Of a stretch of 56,239 nucleotides of DNA, positions 47,312 through 56,239 are shown one piece after another. The notes under the pieces are model-generated. The model had not been told where the DNA came from and ran no database searches. It saw only the letters and a list, made by a program, of their open reading frames with translations. The stretch comes from Octopus bimaculoides (taxonomy: Eukaryota): positions 44,614,853-44,671,091 of the forward strand of contig NC_068998.1 of assembly GCF_001194135.2 (NCBI RefSeq). The letters run 5' to 3'. A program made the translations under genes and the position numbers. The first letter of the stretch is position 1. Every line of letters starts with the position of its first letter.

Positions 47312-47540
47312 AGGCATGTGGTCTAGTGGTTAGGGTGTCAACATCTTGATCATAAGATTGTGGTTTTGGTTCCTGGACTAAGCAACGCATTGTGTTCTTG
47401 AGCAAAACACATCAGCTGGCAAAAATAAGTAACGCTGGCTGCGATGGACTGGCATCCCATCCAGCTGGGGGGGGAACACATATGCCATTGAAACTGGGAA
47501 ACCGGGCCCATGAGCCTGGCTACGCTTTAAAAGGGAGCAA
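47310..47540 (+). mobile_element. SINE family B2
   Basis: ggaggcatgtggtctagtggttaggg head; gtgttcttgagcaaaacac; tail gatggactggcatcccatccagctggggg..gaaactgggaaaccgggcccatgagcc. Confidence 0.85.
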
Positions 47541-48665
47541 ATATATATATATATATGGAAAAAAGTCAAGGTAGAAAATGCTAAAATAATTTTATAAAAC
47601 AAATATATATATATATATATATAATTTTAATGTTTAGCTATGTTTTTTTTACCTTCTTGTGCTTTGTTATATATGCAATATTTCTAGCTCAAAATTGTTT
47701 TCTTGAAGTTCTTCCTTGTTTAATGTCAATAATCTTCAGGCATGCAGCATCACACTTCTTACATTAGGATAAGGATTAGTGGTAAAGTGGAGGTTTAGAT
47801 AAGAAGCATAAATGAGAGATCACTAGATTGAAAATCTCATAATGTTGTCATCTTTACTTCACGAGTCATCTTAAAATGTAATATAAAGCTTTCATACACT
47901 TGAGCTTTTACAGCAAAATGCTTTTTGAATTAGAATCACATTGCCTAGGGTTTATCAGACTTAATGACACAATATTCTACGGCTTGATATTCTTGCAGTC
48001 ACAAACTCTTTTGTTTTTTGAAGTATTTATTATTTGAAGTAGTTATATATACATGAAACCAATGAAACTACCATATTATGGGAATGTATTGTTCCTAGAA
48101 GAAGTAAATAAGTTCATAATTGTTGAAATGATGTCAGTATGAAGACATTTCAAAGCAAATACATGCACAGAAACCTGTACATATACATAAATATATAGAC
48201 GTACATATATAAACATATATACATACCCACGGAGAGAACTGACCAAAAGTTACCTGACAGTAAATAAAGATTCCATAAATACTTAATGTTCAATTTTATT
48301 TATTCGTTCCAATTATTAATGTTTAATAATTGAATGCTGTGAGTTTAAAAATCACCGTTTTTTTGTTTTTTTTTCAACATTTGTTTATTTATAAGCGAAG
48401 TTGCATTTACATCCCCGTAAACCAGTGGCTCAGCAAACGATACTGATAGAATAAGTACTAGGCATACAAAGAATGTCTTGGGGGTTGATTTGTTTGACTA
48501 AAAGTGTTACTTTGCCATTTGGCTGTAATTATTGAAAATGGAAGTGATTACATTCTTGATTAAAACTATTCAGATAAACATAGTTTATCTGTCACACACA
48601 GATAAATATAGTTTACATTCATTTTTATATCTTTTCTGGTAAAATGCAATTACTTTCCAAACACC

Positions 48666-48707
<42 letters not shown>

Positions 48708-49359
48708 GACAAGTAACTCTCAACTTCTTCTATCCAGAGGTTTTTTTAAGCCCAATATTTACTTGCTCCTATTTATAGCTTTATCGGCTTTGAGATTTAC
48801 TTTATCAAAAAAGAATTTTATTTGTGTGTGTGTGTATGTGTGTAATATTTTTGTGTGCATCAGACGACATTGCACATTTTGTCCTCAAATTTGTCCCATT
48901 GTTCTTGACAAACCAGGAAGTGGTGAAAGTCTCACAAGCATGCATTCACACACATATTCTTTTCGTGTGTACCCTTGTACAGATGCAGCTTGTATATATA
49001 TGGTCTTTCACTCATTTACACAAACACATAAACATGCTATCAATGTACTTCATACCTACTTTGGCATGGTGACAAGTGTTAGGGAGTTGCAAAATGGCTA
49101 AGTGGATAAAGTATTTGAAATTATCACAAGGCTAATGATAGACATACCTACAGCAGTAAGTTCATTAACATACTTAATGAAAGTAGGTGTGGTGCACTGT
49201 AAGGTAATGCAGAGAACAAATTATCAGATGTGACTTATAGTCAGAGGAAAAAATATTCCACGTACTACTACTACTACTGTTGCCACTGCTTCTGCTGCTA
49301 CTACTACTACTACTACTACTACTAATAATAATAATAATAATAATGATAATAATAATAAT

Positions 49360-49505
49360 GGTTTCAAATTTTGGCACAAGACTGGTAATTTGGGGGTAAT
49401 GGGTCAATGAATTACATGGACCCAGTGCTTAACTGGTACTAATTTTATCGACCTTGGGAGAATGAAAGGCAAGGTCAACATCAGTGGAATTTGAACTCAA
49501 AAGGC
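49360..49505 (-). mobile_element. SINE family D 3' part
   Basis: ggtttcaaattttggcacaag..ttaactggtactaattttatcgacc..gaaaggcaaggtcaac..ggaatttgaactc. Confidence 0.8.
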
Positions 49506-50088
49506 AAAACATATTATTATTATTATTATTATCATTATTATTATTATTAGGCTGGGGTCAATGTGGCCTCTTGTCTCTTCAGTGTTGATAAAATATGCAC
49601 CAGTCTAGTACTAAGGTTGATGTGCATGTTTGTGTGGAGGTTATAACTTAGCAGTAAAACTCCCAAGTCATTCAGACATCAATCTGTAAGAGAATGAATG
49701 AGTCAGGAGTATTAAACTCATTTAGCTTTACAGGCCAGATTGATGCATTAACTTCATCTTGTGGGCTGGATAGGGACAATTATTTCAAAAAGTCTTGCTT
49801 TAAAAAGATCAAGCGAAAGTAATTAAATGGATCAGGTACAATGAAGCAGGAAATGCTGAAACTCCTAGTTGTAATGCAATATGGTAACCTTCAGTTAATA
49901 ATAATGTATTTTTGAATATATATATATATGTATATAGGTGTACCTGTATATATAACTTTATTGTCAATAAAAAAAGGAAAGAATTATTAGCAAAGTTTAT
50001 ATAAAAAGATGTATGCAAAAACAGCTGACCCATCTGGCATATATATATATATATATATATACTTATACATACATATATATATATATAT

Positions 50089-50252
50089 GCGCAGGAGTGG
50101 CTGTATGGTAAGTAACTTGCTTACGAACCACATGGTCCTGGGTTCAGACCCACTGTGTGGCACCTTGGGCAAGTGTCTTCTACTACTGCAACAGGCTGAC
50201 CAAAGCCTTGTGAGTGGATTTGGTAGAAGGAAACTGAAAGAAGCCTGTCGTA
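50089..50252 (+). mobile_element. SINE family C 5' half running into (TA)n and a gap
   Basis: gcgcaggagtggctgtatggtaag..gggttcagacccac..ggaaactgaaagaagcctgtcg. Confidence 0.9.
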
Positions 50253-50258
50253 TATATA

Positions 50259-50307
<49 letters not shown>

Positions 50308-50383
50308 NNNNNNNNNNTTCAAAAGTGATTGCAGTACGCATGTTTCATGCTACTTCAATTTATTTAAGTAATGTGAGCATTAC

Positions 50384-50413
50384 CTTAAATGCAATATGAA
50401 GAGCAATCTTCAG
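50384..50413 (-). other. Candidate 30-nt symmetric exon (hypothetical)
   Basis: tcttttttctacattttctacattttcgtgcag|CTGAAGATTGCTCTTCATATTGCATTTAAG|gtaatg; only frame 0 is open (LKIALHIAFK). Confidence 0.3.
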
Positions 50414-51654
50414 CTGCACGAAAATGTAGAAAATGTAGAAAAAAGACATATTATAAATGTGGCAACATATTAAATCCAAGTAGGAGAGAGCATATATAAA
50501 ATCCAAATGTGAGGAAGAATATATAAGTCCATCTTGCCATAGCGGGGTAATTGAATAAAATAGTCAACAAGAAGGAGTACTGCTGAACTGTTATTTTTCA
50601 GGCACTACATATTTCCATGCAATGTCATTCATATTACTAGAGTTCATTCTAACATGTGCCTAAATTTGAAAAGAAAAACCTTTTGATTGACTCAGCATGT
50701 ATAGACAGAGAAAGAAGATATCAGGCACATCATTTATGGATTTGTTAGCATCTTTACCATTGATTGAGATAACAAAAATTCGTTAACTAAATGGAACTGG
50801 TATTAATCCTGATTCTAGTTGGGGCCAACTCTGTAAACTTGCTAGCAATATATATAATTTGCAGAATATTTTATAATTTTAAAATTAATTCATTTAAACA
50901 TTTTTTTTTTATAAAACTGTCTCAGGGGTTAGACTAAATGCTGTAGCAGGCCAAATTCAAAGCACAGTCGATATGCTTGACATTTCTGCAATATGGATTG
51001 CATGAGATAATCTCTGTGCTCATTTGCTATAGTAACCATATCTTCATCAGCAAATGCTCTTGCATATTTTAAAACAGAAATGCTATGAATGCATGTTTAG
51101 CTGTAAATCTTTAGACTGTATGCCAAGCAATAAAGACAGGATGGCTATAACTGGAATGTCCAAGGAGTCTGTTGTTTCATTGATGTTTTAGGAGTGGCGG
51201 TGGCAATTATTATTATTATTATTATTATTATTATGAAGAACATATCTGTACAGCATAACACTACTTTATTATCTGGCCAAATTTACTAGTCATTCAAATT
51301 TAGCAGAAGAAAAACCAGGAAGTTGAACAAAGAGAGAGAAGCTGCCGCTTCCTTGTTCATTCACTGGCAACTACCAAATCTTACAAATACCACCATCTCT
51401 CTCTGCAATCCATGGAATTGCAAGTGCTTAAAAAGTTAGAATTTCTACCCGTTTAGTAATTGAACCTGTCAACATTCCATGAACTCTTGTACTTAATCTA
51501 GTTTCCGTAGTTTATTCATAAGTAAATGATTAACCAAGAAATCTTCAGAGACCAAAAGTACATAGTTAACATGCAGACGAAAATCTTTATGGGACACCAC
51601 CTAACACATTTGCAGTTATAGCATGGCTGGAAGAGATTCTGATCTAATATCATT

Positions 51655-51877
51655 ATACACACACACACACACACACACACATACACACACACACACGTGT
51701 GCATGTATATATGAGTGTGTGTATGAGTTTATATATGTATATATATGTATGTGTATATATGAGTGTGCATATGTATATATATATGTGTGTTTGTGTGTAT
51801 ATATATATATATATATACATGTATATGTTTATATAGATATATATATATGTGTTTGTGTGTGTATATGNNNNNNNNNN

Positions 51878-51960
<83 letters not shown>
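51655..51960. repeat. (CA)n-(TG/TA)n-(TA)n-(GA)n compound microsatellite with gap
   Basis: Direct inspection of the sequence. Confidence 0.95.
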
Positions 51961-51961
<1 letters not shown>

Positions 51962-52445
51962 TGATAGATATTTCATAGATATGCAAATATGTATGTACGT
52001 AGGATCGTATAGCAACATAATACAAATATGAGTGAGGGGGTGGGTTGTGCATTGTTGTGCTACAGTGAGTACAGTTATTTATGGAATATTTTTGGTAAAT
52101 TTTGCACTATAACAACTAAAGTTCTATATGAACTTAAAAAAGAATCATCTGATAGCTGTGAAAGTATATGGCCAGTAATTAGAACAATGGGCCATTCCTG
52201 GACCTTTAACGTGATACTGTTTAGTCAATATCCAACATGAGTGGAATTACAATGTAAATTTGATTAATACTGCCCTGGCACTAGAACATTAACTAAAACT
52301 GAGCTGAATATCTAAAAATATCTAAATGGCTGCCATTAATGGTGCATTTTATAGTACACATTAGCATAAATGTCTTGTGTCTTCTTCTCAACAGTGCTAC
52401 AACGTTTCCTTATGTAATTATATTTCTCAATATTCAAATTATTCT

Positions 52446-52765
52446 GGCATCAGGCTCACGATCATGGGGTAGTGAATTCAATTACCAGACCAGGCTGTGT
52501 GTTGTGTTCTTGAGCAAGGCACTTTATTTCACATTCCTCCAGTTCACTCATCTGTAGAAATTAGTTGCAACATCACTGGTGCCAAGGTGTATCAGCCTTC
52601 ACCTTTCCTTTGGATAACATCGGTGGTGTAGAGAGGGGAGTCTGGTATGCATGGGCAACTGAGTCTTCCATAAGCAACCTGTCCCTGATTTGTGTCTTGG
52701 AAGGTAACTTTCTAGGTGCAATCCCATGGTCATTAATGACCAAAGGGGGTCTTTATCCTTCCCAA
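52446..52765 (+). mobile_element. SINE family B, slightly 5'-truncated, 14-bp TSD
   Basis: ATTCAAATTATTCT at 52432-52445 and 52766-52779; body colinear with 45592-45925. Confidence 0.92.
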
Positions 52766-52857
52766 ATTCAAATTATTCTATGTACTTTCGTTTTTTTTTT
52801 TTCATCTTGGTTTGGCTTGCTTTATCAGTGTTATTATTATTACTATTATTAATATTA

Positions 52858-52995
52858 AATTCAAATTCCACCAAGATTGACTCTGCCTTTCATCCTTTCG
52901 GGGTTGATGAAATAAGTACCATTTGAATGCTGGGGGCCGATGTAATCGATTTGCAACTTCCCCAAAAATTTCAGCCCTTGGGCCTATACTTCTAT
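52858..52995 (+). mobile_element. SINE family D 3' part
   Basis: tcaaattccaccaagattgactctgcctttcatcctttcggggttgatgaaataagtacc..gggggccgatgtaatcga. Confidence 0.85.
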
Positions 52996-53280
52996 TGTTA
53001 TTATTATTGAGTGAGAAAGCAGTGCATGCCGTCAAAGTGACACTGGGGAACAAATATACAAAGCTCAGTATACCCTTCATGACTAACCATCTGAAAAGTG
53101 CACACCAGGCACATGCATCACAATCATATGTGCACGACATGGGGATCTCATATCAAGATCAAAAGCACATGACCTTGCAGGTTGTCACATATTATGTAAA
53201 TTTCTTTAATGATTATCTTGGTTTGATTAATATTCACTGAGCAGAATTTGATAACTGAAACTGTGTAGAGGTCTGTAATC

Positions 53281-53320
<40 letters not shown>

Positions 53321-54003
53321 TACAGGAGTAATTTGGTGCAAATGTCTGCCATATTTAAGTAATGAAAAGTATCTAATGACATGTAACAGGCATAAATCTA
53401 GCAATTTAGTAAACAAGAGATTGATTAAATAAAGGGGCAGGTGTGTGTTTGGACAGACAGACAGACAGATAGATAGATAGATAGATAGATAGGCAGGTAG
53501 GTAGATGGATGGATAGATAGATAGATAGATAGATAGATTGAGAGAGATTGTTATGTAACTCTTTTGTTTATGATATGATACTCAAATTTGATGTAATGCC
53601 GTGCAAAGTAGACTGGTTTTCCTCCTAACACTAGAACAATGATAAATTGCAGGGGCATGTGTTCAGTGTATGCTACTAAAGCATCTCAAATATATCTATA
53701 AGTGCATATTTATGTTTGTTTGCTGTATAAACCAACAGCCTATGGCTTTCCTTTGCATGAGATCTGAACTCTTTTCCCCCTGCCAATAGCAGGACTAAAT
53801 ATCTTCCATTAACCTCTACAGATTCCTCCAAAAACGTTTTCTCTACAGTGCTGCTTAAACATTACACTCAATACTGGAATCTCTAATCAAAATGAAGGTG
53901 ACTACTTTTACACATTGTGCTACATTTGCTTCCCCCATAGCATCAGTTACTAGTCCCATAACTAACTAGGAGCAGCCTTACCCAGTAGCACTTAGCAGTC
54001 AGT

Positions 54004-54389
54004 TGTTGTTGTTGTTGGCACTCTGTCGGTTACAATGATGAGTGTTCCAGTTGATCCGACCTACGAAACAGCCTGCTCATGAAATTAACGTGCAAGTGGC
54101 TGAGCACTCCACAGACACGTGTACCCTCAACGTAGTTTTCGGAGAGATTCAGTGTGACAAAGAGTGTGACAAGGCTGGCCCCTTTGAAATACAGGCTCAA
54201 CAGAAACAGGAAGAAAGAGTGAGAGAAAGTTGTGGTGAAAGAGTACAGCAGGGTTCGCCACCATCTCCTGCCGGAGCCTCATGGAGCGTGAGGTGTTTTC
54301 GCTCAATAAACACTCACAACACCCGGTCTGCGAGTCGAAACCGCTATCCTAAGACCACTGCCCTAACCACTGGGCCATTGCGCTTCCAC
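54004..54389 (-). mobile_element. SINE family A, full length, 10-bp TSD
   Basis: Reverse complement of 11294-11682; AGCAGTCAGT at 53994-54003 and 54390-54399. Confidence 0.95.
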
Positions 54390-54619
54390 AGCAGTCAGTA
54401 ATATCTATCTACTAGCAGCCAGGTCCAGCTGATATTGACACAGCCAAAGAAAATAAGTCATTACTTACCATCTGATGACAACCAACCTTATCTAGAGGCT
54501 ATGAAGATCTTGTTACTCAGAACTTTGTATCTGAACAACCAATCATGATTTTCTCACTTCTGTGAAACTTTGTTATAATTCTAGATTATTTTGTTAATAT
54601 AATATTAATTAATATAATA

Positions 54620-54768
54620 GGTGCAGGCTAGGCTGTGTGATTAGAAAGATTGCATCCCATTCAGATGGTTTCAAGTTCAGCGTCACTGCATGGCACCTTG
54701 GGCAAGTGTCTTCTACTACAGCCTCAGGCCAACCAAAGCGTTGTGAGGGGATTTGGTAGGTAGAACTT
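54620..54768 (+). mobile_element. SINE family C 5' half
   Basis: cactgcatggcaccttgggcaagtgtcttctactacagcctcaggccaaccaaagcg. Confidence 0.85.
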
Positions 54769-55587
54769 TCCGTGGTGTGTGTACATGTGTGTGTAAGTGC
54801 TTGTACCTCCTAACAGAATAATAATATATGTATATGTGAGTTTGTGGGATTGTATGTATACATGTGGTCATGAATGTATGTATTTGTACTATATTAAATT
54901 TTTTTTTACTTGGAATCAGTGAGGAAAACCTGCTTGATTCTTCAGGTGCTTGGTTCTTCATAATCAATGTGTTTGCTTGTATATGAGCATGTCTGTGCGT
55001 CTGTGTGTGTGCACTAGTGTGAAAAATATCTTCAAGTGCACAAGTATATCAAACTGTTTTTGCCATTACAATATATATATATATATATATAATCACTAAC
55101 AACAGTCGTTGTTCTGTCAAGGTTGTTGACATTTAAAGCTGGGTTTTAACTGCTGCAGTGACCTTGTGTTTGGAAAGAGAGAGAGGGAGAGAGAGAGAGA
55201 GATAGGGGATGAGAACAGTGGGAGGAAATGACATTTGTTGAATAAAGAATACACTAGATATTGATATAAATGAGCATAATGATGACAGTGATCATGATTA
55301 AGATGAGGCTGAGAATAAACATGATGAATGATGATAAAAACAGGAACAATAACAATGAAGACCATTATAACAATGATGTTAATTTTATTGATGAAGATGG
55401 TGATGAGATGATGATGACAGCAATGATGATATTAATGCTAATGATATGATGGTGTTTGTGGTACTGCTGATACCAGTGGCGGCTGTAACATTGATGTCAA
55501 TGACAACTTTCATATAAGATCAATATTGGTAATAGGAAAGTTACAGGGGGTTGAGTCACTCTTAATATATTACTGGTGCTTATTTAA

Positions 55588-55794
55588 TTCTTTAGCATTC
55601 AGATTAATGCTTATCAGATGTAATGCTTATCTGTTCACATTGTTTTGATTTAATCATGCATTATCTTGTAGCTTTGAAATTTCTATGATGTGATTGTTTA
55701 TTTTTTAGAATGACATTGTAGGGTCAATGGGAAAATTGAACATAAAGCAGGCAGAATATATGGGCTAGATATGACTGGTCTAAATGAGAAAGGG
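55588..55794. mobile_element. piggyBac-type MITE family F1
   Basis: TTAA-TTCTTTAGCATTCAGATT ... GAGAAAGGG-TTAA (TTAA at 55584-55587 and 55795-55798). Confidence 0.8.
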
Positions 55795-55845
55795 TTAACT
55801 ATTCAGCATTTGGCACTTATATTCAACCCATTCTACCTTGTTAGT

Positions 55846-55876
<31 letters not shown>

Positions 55877-55911
55877 GCAGATAGATAAGTAGGTAGATAG
55901 ATACGTAGATC

Positions 55912-56200
55912 CATTTCTTTTATTAGCCACACAGGGCTCAACGAAGGTGGGACAAATACAATGTAGAGCTTTTCTTTTTGGGAGGGGGAAGGGAAAAAAA
56001 GGGGGGGTGTCGATCAAAAGGGATCGTAGGAAGGAAAAAGGGGAGTTCAATCAAAAGGGATCGAAAAAAAAAGGGCGATCAATAGGGATCGTGTATCACA
56101 CAGTAATGTTCTCGTGTAAAAGGAGGGGAGGACAGTTTAGGTTTGGCCGTGGAAAGAAAAGCCTACGGAAAAGACCACGGTAACCTTGGTCAATATTCTC
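55912..56200 (-). mobile_element. Probable 3' end of a LINE-like repeat
   Basis: Minus strand ends AATAAAGAAA shortly before a (TCTA)n tract; internal gatcaaaagggatcg repeats; recalled as a common octopus repeat. Single copy in this window. Confidence 0.45.
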
Positions 56201-56239
56201 ATTGAAGAAACTATAACAGTAGGTGATTCTCTTTTGCCT

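Noticed and set aside
53005-53185. Block recalled as a common octopus repeat (gtgcatgccgtcaaagtgacactgggg...)
   Set aside because: Single copy in the window with no TSD or termini; it cannot be supported without a database search.
47-56183. ORF-track entries rich in YI/CV/TH/SL/poly-X or containing X runs
   Set aside because: These are translations of dinucleotide and trinucleotide microsatellites, N-gaps or antisense SINEs; none has a recognisable domain.

Overview
Eukaryotic, AT-rich, gapped scaffold (10 N-runs) saturated with (TA)n/(TG)n/(GATA)n/(AAT)n/(CAT)n microsatellites. The repeat make-up resembles an octopus (coleoid cephalopod) genome; this is an inference from recalled repeat sequences, not a database result. 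I recognise no intact protein-coding gene: nearly all ORFs in the track are translated microsatellites or antisense repeats. What can be supported is mostly mobile DNA: several tRNA-headed SINE families (labelled A-G here; four copies have 10-14 bp target-site duplications, a fifth a 7-bp one), piggyBac-type TTAA MITEs, hAT MITEs with 8-bp TSDs, three mariner-derived remnants, a decayed RTE-like LINE C-terminus, and two copies of a short repeat carrying a degenerate hammerhead-ribozyme fold. The best leads are (1) the hammerhead-like motif with a non-canonical core, (2) a phase-compatible chain of small candidate exons on the minus strand (50.4 to 43.5 kb), one followed by a dense cluster of in-frame 5' splice-site motifs, (3) modular head/body/tail swapping among SINEs, and (4) three-level TE nesting plus several long inverted repeats. 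I cannot demonstrate a new biological system from the sequence alone; all exon calls are hypotheses.
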